Assembly (NCBI GenBank): GCA_973895155.1
Contig: OZ316894.1
Coordinates: 9,076,234 to 9,140,233 of the forward strand
Source of the DNA: Marsupella aquatica
Taxonomy: Eukaryota; Plantae; Marchantiophyta
Direction: 5' to 3'
DNA: 64,000 nucleotides
Under the pieces are notes generated by a model. That model saw only the letters and a list, made by a program, of their open reading frames with translations. It was not told the DNA's origin and did not search any database. How positions within the stretch are numbered: position 1 is the first letter of the stretch; the number at the start of each line of letters is the position of its first letter. A program made the position numbers and the translations under genes. Positions 24,201 to 36,712 of the stretch are shown in pieces.

Positions 24201-27200
24201 CTTTCTTCTGACACAAACACGGCCCAAAAGTGGAGTTCATTCACTGTTTTTGACACTCAGAAAATGTCGCAATCGCTCGCTTTTTGCGGGCAGCTAACAT
24301 AAAGGGTTGCTTGCATGCAGTGAGTGTGCAAGCCAAAATGAGGTTTGATATTATCCTTTGCTCTGAATGGTTCATGGGCACTCATTTATGAGAACCCCTT
24401 CGGTCCCACTTAGTATTTGCTCTCAATGCAAATGTTGGCAGTGTCATTTGTTACCAGGTGAAGTGGCTTGTGAACGATACAAAGAGGTTTCAACAAAGTT
24501 TTAATGATTACTCAACAACATCAACTGCCCAGATCTAACCTTACATAGATCTAACACTCATAATGTGACCCAACAAACTTTTTGCTAAGAAATTTATTCT
24601 CAACATTGCATTACTAGCACCTGCCTACAATATATTTAAAGGAAACCGGGTCACACTCTTAGATGCCACTTGCTCTACTCCAAGTAGGTAATAAGAAAGT
24701 GATCTCCAATTTTTCTGATTGTAAAGTATTTTGTGTTCCGCCACTCCATATGGCATCTTTCAATGGGGAAATGCAGGAACAATAGACACTACTGGATGTT
24801 GACAGAGGATTAAATACCTGATTGAATGGGTAGCAAGCATTAATACTGCAGGTGTCCATAATTGCAAGGTCTTTCAAACTGCACTTATGGCCTACACTAT
24901 ATCTACATCTACACATCTCCTGTGCAACCTGGGGACCTCTTCCTGTGGTCTTGCACAAAGTCTAACTTGCACTAGTCCTGAATGAACCATTGAAGGACAG
25001 AATCTTTCTACAAGTTGTTCTATGTGGCCCATAGTTATATCAATATGTAACCAATCAGAAAAGTTCCTTAGACTCACAAATGGCTCTTACGTCTAGACTC
25101 TTCCAGGGGCTTTCCCATGCGTACCCACCTTTATCAGGGGATTTTCCCTTGTTTTCCCTCCTTTATTGGGCCTCTGGGTTCATGTCTCCTATGTTGCACT
25201 TTTTGTTCTTTGGCAGGGTGATATAGATATTGATGACAAGTGCAAAACTATGATTGGCAATGCTAGAATTTTACATAATCTTTTGTTAGACTTAGCTACT
25301 CATCAACTCATGGCTATCTTGCGTATGTATTATTACACATGTTAATATATATATTAAGGAGATGAGCAAAAATGATGGTCCAGGTTGATCCACACCATCA
25401 ACTTACCCCCAAAAAAGTAACTCAACAATCATCCACACTGTACAATAATGGTCGCTCATTAATAAGAAGAATCCCTCTTTGTGTGCAAGAACTCCTAGAT
25501 AGATATGGGGCCTTCAGCAGCAATCAAAACTCTCCTCATATGCTATGTGTATCCAGATCAAAGATCCAGATCCTTGCCCAGCGAATTCCCTGCTAATTTT
25601 AGCAACTGACAAGTCAATCCTCTAAAACTCTAATACCCTTTTGAAATGTATTCAAACTGGTTCTTGTAATCATAGACATATGATTACAACATAAACTTTG
25701 GGATTTTGGAAATTGTTCTTGTAATCATATGTAATCCCAAAGTTGTTGTTGACCTGAAATATTCTATTTGCCAGAACTTTAAACGAAACTATTGCAGACA
25801 ACATCTTTGTGGATTCTCCCACTCAGCACCTTCATTTGAACACTTTGTCAAAGAAACATGGGACAAAGAGTAAAGTGAGAAAGAGAAAGCCTATCTCACT
25901 GGTACCAAAGGAGCCCAAACAACCAGGTCTAATTCATCTGTGTCTATAATTGTATTTTTTTTTAAGATTATTCATCTTTCTCACTCATTTTTTTTGTTGC
26001 TCATTCAAGCATATAAAACTCGCTTCTACATTGCACAAAAGGGAATATTAGAGAGATGAATGTAGGAAATCAACAATTATGACCAAATAGTAAAATAATT
26101 TTGAGCTATCGCAACTATGAGCTCTTTCAAGCTCGTAGAAATTAAAACATAATGCTAAGTTCAATAGTTCTAACACATTAAGAATTATAATACCTAGAGA
26201 CAGTGAATGCATAAAACATGTTTCAGGAATCAATCCCATAAAATATATATATCATGAATCTCACTTGGATGCCCACCCCTTCAGTTGATTACAGTTGTTT
26301 TTTCTAATTTAGGAGGGGAGAGAATTTTTGAGGGAGCTCTCATGGTTCCTTAGTGGATATGGATGCCTTCAAATATTTAGTGCTAGAGTTCTGAAGAAAT
26401 TTATACTTTGGGATCAAATTGGCCAAACATTTTTGTGGAAGAATGGGGCCCACAGAGACCCATGAATTAGAAGGAGGTCGAGGAAACAATCCTGAAATTG
26501 AGGACTCCAGCCAGAAACGGTCATAAGGGGAACTCAAGGACAGTAGACAAAGAAGAGGTAAGTGGGAACAAAGGAAAGAGAAAGACGAGCAAAGGGGATC
26601 TAACCTAATTGGACGAGACACATCATTCAGAGGCCACAAGAATGGCTCAAGTGAGAGAAGGATAACATCAAGCCTCTCACTGAAAACAACCAAGTGAACA
26701 ACAGCAAAACAATATTGATTTTGAGTTGGCATTGCCAAGGTCTAAGTTCAGGCACAAGGAGTTGATGGAGAGTGGTCACCTTGAATGTTATGGCATTAAA
26801 GACATATAAATTAGTTGCTACTCCCTTTTTAAGAATAATTTTTTCCTGAAATTACTTTTCTGCAAGGGGGATTGGACAAGTCTCTTATTTAAATTTAATT
26901 CAATCTTGCAGAAATTTGTCTCACTTCATTTTAGATCTGATGCACATTCGATAGACATCAAATAATGTCAACTACTGTACATAAAAATCTGGCTGTTCTT
27001 AACACGTATAATATTTTAGGCCTTCTAATCTGACTTGGCTGGACTAAAATTTGTCCTGTTCAAAGGCACTATGTACACTAGCAATTTCACCCTCCACTAG
27101 GTACTCATACTAATATCTATCCTTGATGCAAGCATATTCCCAATTGTAACAGTACAAACAAAATATGAGATCATGTCTATCCTACATGGCAAGCATATTC

Positions 27201-27489
27201 CCAATTATGCACTACAGACAATATGAGATGCTATGAAGCTGTTCTCTCTTTATGCAATCTACCCCCATGGAGCTCAATGGCTTGGAAGCTGTTCAATGAT
27301 GGTGGGGAAGTCTCTCCAGGGAGGAATTTAGGAAACTCTGGTAGAAACTTCCTAATGTACAGGTTAACCTCAAACCAAATGGCCAATAAAGTGCTGCTAA
27401 TGCTGAGAAATCACTGATGTTTATCATATTGGGGTTTAGTTGACAGAGATTTGGTTTGAGGATCTTGTAAGAGTTCTAGGATCATCATG

Positions 27490-29826
27490 TTATCTGAAGT
27501 TCAGCTGGAAGCAAGGTGGTGTGAGATTTGGGGAAACGGCAGGGTCAGTCACAAACGTTTTTGCTCGACCAAACCATGCTGTCCTTCCATCCTGGTGATG
27601 CTTGCAAACATCTGCTTGACTACAGCTCCTTCTGGGCATGTTCTCTTGGCCACGTTGTTGGTGTTGGCTGGGCATGGTATTGCGAGCGGCTTGGCGGAGG
27701 GGAGGCGTGAAGTTGGGAGACACAGCGGGATTGGTAACATCTGTCTGTACAAGGCCAAAGTATGGCACCCGGAAATGCTGAGGACTAGTCTCTTCTGTTA
27801 CAAATGCCATAGATTTTTTCTTTAGAGGTTTCTTACTCTTGCCCTTATTTGATGCAGACACAGGTGGTTTTGATGACAATGACATCATACTGCTTGTGCT
27901 CCCCGGTTTCTTCTTTGGATATTTGGGATCAAGCCTCGAGATGGATTCAGGATAGCCATAGACTGGAGGTCCTGTTCCCTTGTTGGCCACTCTGATGCAC
28001 TGGCAGGCTGCTCGAGGGCATGCTGTGTCAGGCTTGAGAGAGCTCTGGTTGGAAAGGTTGTTGGTCTGGCTATGGCTTCCTCCCCTGCGAGGTGAGGTTT
28101 GAGGCCTATACTCTGACCTTGTTGGTCCATCTACAGTGCTGGCATTGTAACTTCCCCCAGGTGAAACATCAGTACAAGGAGCAGTAGCAACAACATTGCT
28201 ACCACAAGGGCTGGCACCACCAGAAGCTGCTGCCGATGCAACAGGGGCAGCCGATGAGCATGGAGATCCCCTCACAGAGAAGATACCGGTCCTTCCACCA
28301 TGCTTTTTGCATGGACCAAGCTCAAGATCCCCATCCTTAGGCCACTTCACATAGCTGGATACGGTTGGATGGGTGATGCAAGACCCCACATGGCCTTGCT
28401 CAGCAGCAAAGGGGCAGCCTGGCTGGTGCATCTCACAACTTTGGTTCCGTCTTCTGTCTGTCTTTAGCTTCTTCTTCACATCCTTCAATGTGTTTGCCGC
28501 ATTCTGGGAGGCCTCTCGCTGGTTCATCGGCCCAGGTGACAACAAACCTCTACCGCCATCAGCATGACATTTCATTTCTCGGTCCATTGAATATGGTGGA
28601 GATTGAGGGTATGCTGCAGGTAAGGACCAATATCCATCTGTGGTATGTTTGTGTTTTCCTTTCGTGGGATTTGGGATAAAATCATGCATGACCCCCAGTG
28701 GCACCTTGCCAAGGGGCCATTTCTGCTCGTCTCTATTGGCATATTTTGCTTCAAGGTCAGATTCAGATTTCCATTTCTTTGGATGACATGTATCATGGTT
28801 GAAGTCACCGCATGCAGGCTCAGAAGGATCTCGTCCTTCCCAAACTCCTTGATCTTCTCCTTCTCTTCTGGGTTCTTCAGGAGAACGATCTCGAGGGGAG
28901 AGCCAATGCTTCTCCTCAGGAGTGTTGAGCACCTTGCCAGTCTCATCACGAACAAGTTGGACATAATCAGCCATGACCCCTGGGACGCCTCTCCCAACAG
29001 GCCTCTTTGCCTCTGATCTGCTGTGGCCTGGCACAATTTGGGCCAAAATGCCTCCTGCCCCCGGGACAAACTGTTGCTCACTCTCGGGCTGATGCCTTCT
29101 CACGAGAGCAGTGGATACCGGCAATTCATGAGTGCCACTTGTGCAAAGAGGGCTGGGAGGCCTTTGTGGCTGCGGCCTAATCATTTTCCCCTCTTTGTTT
29201 CGGATCAGCGGTACATAGTCACACATTGGACCTGGGGGACATCTTCCGAGAGGGTGTGAGGCCTCAGTGCGGCTGTTCGTGTCAATGGTTCGGAGAGGGA
29301 ACAGGTTGTAGTCTGTGACATCACTCTTGGGCCTGCCAAAGAATTCAGTACTCTCATCACCCTCCTTGGCAACAGGGGGGATGATGCGGAGGAACTCTGA
29401 GATGTCAGTGGCTTCCCGGCCATAGTATTGGTCCCTTGATGGGGGTGGTTTGCCCCGGCTAGCAAAGGTGTACATCTCAGTCACATTTGAAGCCACCCTA
29501 CCATGATACTCTTCCGGCTGGTCTGCAAGGGCAGGGTGGTTTGAATGCTTGGGTGGCTTCACTTGGAGTCGTTCAGTGACATCTGTGCTGTGGAGGCCAT
29601 GGTAAAGGAGACCCGGGCTGATTTCATTATGCTTCTTCTTGGCGTCATCATCCCAAGGGCAATGCAACTTTGGCATCCGATGGGAGTAGTCAGTGATCAG
29701 GTGCCTTCTCCTTCCCTTGTACTTCATGACTTTATTGGGAATCATTTTCCCTTTTGCCTTGTTAAGCCTCTGGCAATCTTGCTCCACATTCTTGATTCTC
29801 TTTGGCTCCCACAGCACATACCCCAT
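27490..29826 (-). CDS. Uncharacterised 778-aa Pro/Gly/His/Cys-rich protein with two short repeat families; single coding exon
   Basis: Long ATG-initiated ORF. [YFW][YFH]GRxx[ST]D[VI][TS][DE]-like motif x5 and P[LV]GxxPxGxMxD[YF][VI]-like motif x3. Splice-like signals and a CT microsatellite upstream suggest a spliced 5' UTR. Confidence 0.8.
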   Translation of the reverse strand: MGYVLWEPKRIKNVEQDCQRLNKAKGKMIPNKVMKYKGRRRHLITDYSHRMPKLHCPWDDDAKKKHNEISPGLLYHGLHSTDVTERLQVKPPKHSNHPALADQPEEYHGRVASNVTEMYTFASRGKPPPSRDQYYGREATDISEFLRIIPPVAKEGDESTEFFGRPKSDVTDYNLFPLRTIDTNSRTEASHPLGRCPPGPMCDYVPLIRNKEGKMIRPQPQRPPSPLCTSGTHELPVSTALVRRHQPESEQQFVPGAGGILAQIVPGHSRSEAKRPVGRGVPGVMADYVQLVRDETGKVLNTPEEKHWLSPRDRSPEEPRREGEDQGVWEGRDPSEPACGDFNHDTCHPKKWKSESDLEAKYANRDEQKWPLGKVPLGVMHDFIPNPTKGKHKHTTDGYWSLPAAYPQSPPYSMDREMKCHADGGRGLLSPGPMNQREASQNAANTLKDVKKKLKTDRRRNQSCEMHQPGCPFAAEQGHVGSCITHPTVSSYVKWPKDGDLELGPCKKHGGRTGIFSVRGSPCSSAAPVASAAASGGASPCGSNVVATAPCTDVSPGGSYNASTVDGPTRSEYRPQTSPRRGGSHSQTNNLSNQSSLKPDTACPRAACQCIRVANKGTGPPVYGYPESISRLDPKYPKKKPGSTSSMMSLSSKPPVSASNKGKSKKPLKKKSMAFVTEETSPQHFRVPYFGLVQTDVTNPAVSPNFTPPLRQAARNTMPSQHQQRGQENMPRRSCSQADVCKHHQDGRTAWFGRAKTFVTDPAVSPNLTPPCFQLNFR

Positions 29827-30948
29827 TGTGATTTACAGATTGGCACAAACTTTAGAGCTAGATGAATTTAGTGATGAGGGTGAAGATTATGGGATAGTAG
29901 GCAAATATTTGTAGCTACAGTAGTATTTAACATTATCATTCATATCCCCAAGGCCAATGATTTTTAACTCATTCTAGAACTGAGCCTCTCCATTATCGGT
30001 AACCAGCTCATGGGTTGAGTGCTACTGAATTCTCTTCCTCAAATTCAGGCATGATTTGTAGAGGTCAGAGTCCATCTTGACCTTCAGTTGCTCTCTGGCC
30101 TGCTAGTGAAGAAGGTTGGAAAGAACACAGATCAGCTATGGATATGCAAATGCAACAACTTTTAATAGGGAATTATGCAATGACATTGCTACTAGGTATA
30201 TTAAGCAACTATGAAAGATAAGGGATGGACTCTCACCACAATCAAATTTAATGGGCATATTACTGTAGACAATCTCAATTCAATGCAAGATCAAAGACAG
30301 GGGAGATACATACCACACTTGTATGAACTATTTCTGGAGTTGGGTGGCCTTGACAGCAGGACCATCAATCAAAATCAATTGCAAAGTTTGTGAGTGACTG
30401 AGGGCAAATGCCGGAAAATATGATGTTGGATCCACTACTCCACAACTGGTACAAATGGATGAACTGTGAGCCTGGTCTGTAGAGAAACAACATATACCTG
30501 GAGGAGGATGAACCAGGATGAGGAAGTAGATTGTTGAAATAAAGAAGGAAAGAATGAGAGGGTGAACCAGAGGAAAATCCTCAGTCTACAACATTCACAG
30601 CTCAACGTATGAATTTTATGACTTGCAATTTGACAAGCAAGTTGAGCATTCAAGTAGCTTCTTTCAAATCAAATAAGACATTGAGCCAGCATACATTCAC
30701 AGGTTGCCAGGAGGAGAAAACAACTACCAATCTAGGGAGATCTTAGAAACCTCTCATGTTGTCTCTGCTCATTGGTTTCCCCATCCATTCAGTCTTTTAT
30801 ACAGTGATTTATGTTAATCTGCAGAATTCTCTGAGTTCAACTAACTACCTACAACAGATGCCTGGGACTTCTAGTTTGGAGAACTCCACTGAGGCTCCTA
30901 TCCATCACACTATCATGTACTTTCGGATCAGGCAGCCTGAAGAGTCTC

Positions 30949-30951
<3 letters not shown>

Positions 30952-30980
<29 letters not shown>
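30952..30980. repeat. (AG)n microsatellite, probably in the 5' leader of the minus-strand gene
   Basis: About 14 AG units. Confidence 0.95.
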
Positions 30981-30984
<4 letters not shown>

Positions 30985-33689
30985 CGGAGGACTGATCGGA
31001 CAGACGGCAAAATCAGTTATAATAACTGTCCTTTGTGAATACCCAGATTCAAGGGAGCACACAAGGATAGGAAAGATGAATATAGTTAACCATCAACACC
31101 TTGAAAAGTAAACCAAATAGTCAAATAGTTAAAGTATGACTAGGCTAAAGTAATGCCTTTCACATTAGCATGAGATATAACTAAAATTGGTAATAGTAAG
31201 CTACCCATGCATGTGAGAGGCTGGAAGCTTGAGTTGGGGTCTAAGCTTCTAGAGTGAAATTTCTAGACTTACCATACCATGTGGATGGAAAGAACAATGT
31301 CATATGAAATATGTCAAATGATGATCATGCATTAATTTTTTTAATGATTTATCTTCACAATTGAAGTGGGCATTCAGGGGGGTCTAACCTAATCTAGTCT
31401 ACATCATGATTATACAAATGCATCTATTACGTATTAGTTTTTTAGTTCTGATGATTGATATGCAACTTTTGGAATGGGTGTGATGCCCTGTTTATTTAAT
31501 GCCCACACCAGTCCCAGATCCTCCGCTTTGTGCCACCTCACAAACTCGCTTTCTGTCCAAATTTTTGGGTTGGAAACTAGGATGCTCTTTGTCTAGAGCA
31601 ACAAACAATGAGAGCGATATATGTCATGGGCAAGGCACTCTAGCTTTGGCTGGACACATGTTTTTTTAATTTTTGGGCATACCTGTGTGCCACTTGTGCT
31701 GCCCATTTAGGGCTTTCATTGGTGTAATTGACTTGGCCCTCAAAACCATTTTTGTTTATTTTAAATGGCAAGGACCAAAGTAAATTTTTGCTCTGGATGA
31801 GAGATGAACCCGGGTCTTCCTCACCACTTCATACTCTCCAAAAGGATTATTCAATTGTTTTTGTTGCCCTCTCAAAGTTACATAAACACTTTGAACCCCT
31901 CAACCTGTGGTCCCCAAGCAGGATTTTGGACCAGCAGGAGTTTATACCAGCAGCCCTGCCAGAATTAAAGTCTATTTGATATTTAAACCAAAAAGATTTT
32001 GTGTAACACTGTAAAACCAATTCACAGCCGTGTGCTAAGAACGTACATTGGCTTTGAAACACAAGAAAAAGCAGAACTCAAGGTCCATGCCTCGCGCATG
32101 GAGAAATGACTCTTTTTGGCAGGGCCAAAAAATCACTTCTCCTCTCCTTATTTTTCTGTCCACCCTCTCAAACGGTGTGGCCGGCTTCAAGGTCAATCCC
32201 TGGGCCTGCACTTCATGTTCTCCCTAATCATAATCTTGATGCTAGATCTGACTAATGATTGGCATATAAGTGGGAGGTGTTTGCTGACGACCAGGAAATC
32301 AATACTCTACAGAATAAAGTAGAGCTTAGCCTATCCGTCCTCATCTTTTGTCTTTGATCATTCCTGCAATACACTTAATTTACTTATTATACTCCTATCA
32401 AGATTTTGTGCTGAAATTAAAGTGTCAGATGGACCAGATCTTTTTTGCCGGGAAAACCCTATATTTTGTTCACAAAGGAAACTACAATCTGAGTACAAAA
32501 CATTTATACTGTGGTCCATTAGAATTTCATGAAGAGCCGAGACTAGCTTGTCTACCTATTGCATTTACGGTGACAATAAATAAACCTATGTCAGCGATTC
32601 CTTCTCTTCTCTGTCTTCTCTTATTCAAGCTTGGTGCATGCAATGTACTGCACCATAATACAATGTACTGTACAGTACAGTACTCGTCATATTCCAGGCA
32701 AAGGAATAATAAGAACTCACATCAAGTCCTCTCTCACTGTCATCCGTTAGAGACGTAACGTACACCTTTAATGGAGCTCTCTCTTACGTCATTAGGCAGG
32801 CACGAGATAGATCGGCGGCAGCAGCAGCATTTTTTCTAGGTTGGCAGGATCGGAGCCGTCGAATCTGAGGCTTCATTTTTTGCCTCTGGTTTGGGTCGTG
32901 TGACATTATTCCCAGAACATGGAAGCAACAGGGGGCTGAGGTAACATTTGGGACAGGGGTATCGTAGAAGTTATTGAGGCAGGACTGGGGCACTGGGCTG
33001 TCTGGGATTGTACTCCAAGGTGTAACTAAATAGTATATCCTGGGATTGTACTCCAAAATAGTATATACCGTAAGTACTCCACAAGCATTGATATTGTGAG
33101 TTATTTATATACTTATATTTGAGTCTGACTTGGTCTATCTAGGCATCTAGCCAAACATTTAGGTCTATGGGGGCTTCAGTCTCCACACCTTCAAGATAGC
33201 TTAATTGCTCTTTCCCCCTTGTTTTGAAATACTCAACACAAATTTGGTTTCAGAGGAGTGGGTCCCGATAATGCCATCCTGTAAGTGCACGGAAAAACAT
33301 TACTAGAAATTTGCACCCAACTAACAAATTCTCTGCAAACCTTTTAAACAATTTTGTCATGTAAATATTAGGGATATTCTAAGCGTCAGTATATACAGTA
33401 TGTCTAAAATATAAAATGAAATCAGGAGAATGATATTAATGTTTAAGCTATTTTCCCTGAATTGAAGAATAATAAATGGCACTATGCCACACATGTCCCC
33501 AGTTCAATTCCAGTTCATGGGAAGTAGAAAGAAACATTAACTCCAGAAAGCCAAAACAGATATAATCCTAGATAAAATTACCGTTTACCAAACAGGCAAT
33601 GTAGTCCCAATAGACCATGACAATTATACCTTTGCCCGTTGATATCCTTCTAGTTTTGAAAAGGTTATCAACAACAAAGTTTGACCTTA

Positions 33690-34130
33690 ATATCTCACTT
33701 GATATCCAACAAAATAGGCTATCATTGGGATATTTAGAAGCATCTTGGAAAGATCTTTCCAACTAGTCTAATGCCTCTACTTTGAATTTCATGACTAATT
33801 GATAGAGTTATGAAATTCTAAAGATTACTCCACCACTCATTATACACTATGCTTCTTAAAGTCTTCGTAGCTAACTTTGACATTCACTCTCTCACTTGAT
33901 ATCCAATGGAATTTGGTTATTATTGAGTTTGTTACAAAACTTATTGGAAAGATCTTTTAATGAGTCTCACATAGTCAAATTTCCATAAGAATGGAGAGAC
34001 ATACAAAATTTTCAAAGATGACTCTCATTTTCTTGCCACATTTTACTCACAGGTGTAATATGTACTTGAGAAAGAAAGAGGATTCTGCTGCAATCCATCT
34101 GGATTGCAATAGTCTATCCAAGCACTTTGA
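33690..34130. repeat. Dispersed TE-derived repeat, copy 2 (palindrome at 33745-33762)
   Basis: Homologous to 23340-23720. Confidence 0.7.
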
Positions 34131-34352
34131 CAATTCATCAAGCTTCAATTTCCAGGATGTTTAGATAGTTACATATTGTAAATTACAGTAGAATCTAATG
34201 TTGCTAAAATAAAGTTAGGCAGCCCTAGCTCTGCCCCTGGTCTTATTCTTCAAGTGACAATTTGATGGCCTGAACTTATACTTAATGTGCTCCTAAGAAA
34301 TGATGCCCATGGATCTTAGGGTTTGTTGATATATTTGGATGTGCTTTTGCAA

Positions 34353-34986
34353 TGTTAGGGTTTACTCTTAGGTCTAGAGTTATGACTGTACCATAGTTAA
34401 GGCTAACCTTAGTCGCGGACTTGGTTAGGTTAGTCATGATGTGCACACTCTATAACCAAGCGGTGTTTGCTTGTAGAGTGGGGACTCAGGTTCATTGTTA
34501 CGGAGCTAGTTGAGAGATAGGGAGAGCTTGCACTGTGGATGCTTGGTATGGCCGGTCGGCCTAGAGTGCAGTAAAGCTCATGTGTGTTTCGAGGTGTGTT
34601 CCCGTGGACGTAGCCTCATGTAAAGGTGAAACACGTATCACTCTGTGTCGACTCTTGTGCATTGGATGGTTCATGGGCTTGCCATTGCGATTGCCGTCTA
34701 TGCTCAACATGCAAGTGGGATAGATTGCCTTCGAATGGTGCATCACTGCAATGATGCATTGTCACCGGACATGTAAGGATGAGGAAAATAGTAGCTTTGA
34801 GTGTAAATAATGAACTAAGTTGTGTATGTGTTATGACAAGAATTTTCCGTAATTATCTTGAATGGAGCAAACCTTTGTCATGTCATTGTTAGCGGTTGAG
34901 TGATTTTTGTACATAATCTTCATTATTCCCAAAATTGGTCACCACCAGCCCAACGCAGGGTCAGGGGATAGTTTAATATTTCAACA
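34353..34986 (+). mobile_element. Possible solo-LTR-like element (TGTT...AACA ends)
   Basis: Begins TGTTAG and ends TCAACA. A related copy lies inverted at 35538-35883. No matching TSD. Confidence 0.4.
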
Positions 34987-35537
34987 CCCACATTAATTTT
35001 ATAGAAAGGGCAAAAATTCAATGATTGAGATCAATGTTAAAATCTCACAAGTGCCAAAAGGCAGATGGTTTTAAGACTCTCTTGCCATAGGTAGGTAGCC
35101 AGGTGACACTTTTTTCTTGTCCTCATGATTTCAATGTGATCAAATCCAAGTTCAAAGGCATGGTTCATCCAGGCTTATCCATTTACCAGTATGCTATTAC
35201 ATACGCTCAATAAATTATAAATTTGGCAAAACAATCTTTCTTATCAGACACATGTTTTTGGAGTCAAAGAGGAGAAACATTTAAAAATTCCTATGCTGGA
35301 CGGTCTAGGTGTATTTTATTCCTCAAAAATGCCCAAATACCTTACAAAATTATTTGAATTGCAGGTACATCCCATGGTAACTCGTTCCTAAGGAACCAGA
35401 TAACTCCACATCAAAATATGACATATTATGGAATATGACCAGATAACTCCACATCAAAATATGACATATATGAAATATGACATCACTCCATATTATGATA
35501 AATCTAGTTATTATTTTTTTAAATTAATAAGTGCACA

Positions 35538-36090
35538 ATGTTGAGCATAGACGACATTCGCTACTGCAAGCCCATGAACCATCCAACGTACAAGAGTCGA
35601 CACAGAGAGATACGTGGTTCACCTCCACATGAGGATACGTCCACGGGAACACACAAGAGCTTTATTGTACTCTAGGCCGACCGGCCATACCAAGCATCCA
35701 CATCACAAGCTCTCCCTATCTCTCAACTAGTTCCGTAACAATGAGCCTAAGTTCCACCGAGGGTCTGGCATTAGCCCTGGCTTAATACACAATAGCACAA
35801 CTGCTAACATTAGCTAAGTCCTAACCCGAGTTAGCCTAACTGTGGTTAGCTCATGAGTCACAAGACTAGAGCAATATCTAACAAAGGCCATACCAAGCAT
35901 TCATAGCACAAGCTCTCCCTATCTCTCAACTAGCTCCGTAACAATGAGCCTAAGTTTCACCCAGGGTTTGGCATCAGTCACAACTTAATACACAATAGCA
36001 CAACCGCTAACATTATTTAGCTAAGTCTTAACCTGAGTTAGCCTAATTGTTGTTAGCTCATGAGTCACAAGACTAGAGCAATATCTAACA
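35538..36090 (-). mobile_element. Inverted partial copy of the same LTR-like sequence, with a ~205-bp tandem duplication (about 35683-35883 / 35886-36090)
   Basis: The reverse complement of 34487-34712 is found at 35538-35751. GGCCATACCAAGCAT...GACTAGAGCAATATCTAACA occurs twice. Confidence 0.7.
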
Positions 36091-36369
36091 TACAACTTAT
36101 ATTATCACATTTTGATATATAATATACTTATGTGGAACATGCTTGATTTGTGTCTTGTAATGATATATAAATATGATAAAATATAAGAGTAGACCTATTG
36201 TACATATCAAAAGTAAGTGGGATAAAATAGTATCAAGCACATCCAATGATCCAAAGGAAAACACATAATGACCAATGAGAAGTCCAGTACATTTCTATGT
36301 GAGAAGTGCAATCAAGTTCTATGGCACAAAGGTACAAAGATATGTGCACTTATTAATCCAATGTACTTT

Positions 36370-36712
36370 ATTAATGACACCTGTATTAAATAAAAAACCA
36401 TAAACTTAGGAAAGAGAAGCATGAGAGGAAGGCAAGATGTGTCCAGGTTGTTGATTATAATTTCTTTCAATCATGAAAACAGATTTATATTTAAATTCTA
36501 AAAGATAACAAAGACTAAAAATTAAGAGGACAGCCAAAATAAGTTCAAAATACTCTAAGATACCAACAACTAAAACGGTGCAAAAATTAATTAAAAATTT
36601 AAATAACATAAATTATGCCCCTTGATAAGACAGATTGAAATAAAAATATTTGACATAAAAAGTTTAAATAAGATAAAATGTGAAAGGTGATTCACCCTAT
36701 AGAAGCTTCAAA
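36370..36712. repeat. Dispersed AT-rich repeat, copy 1 (copy 2 at 53065-53408)
   Basis: Shared AAAACCATAAACYTAGGAAAG, GCCAAAATAAGTTCAAAA, TGCCCCTTGATAAGRCAGATTGAAAT and AGCTTCAAAA in the same order. Confidence 0.75.

Noticed and set aside
32784-33056. 90-aa minus-strand ORF as a small peptide gene
   Set aside because: No signal peptide or known motif, and it starts in a local duplication.
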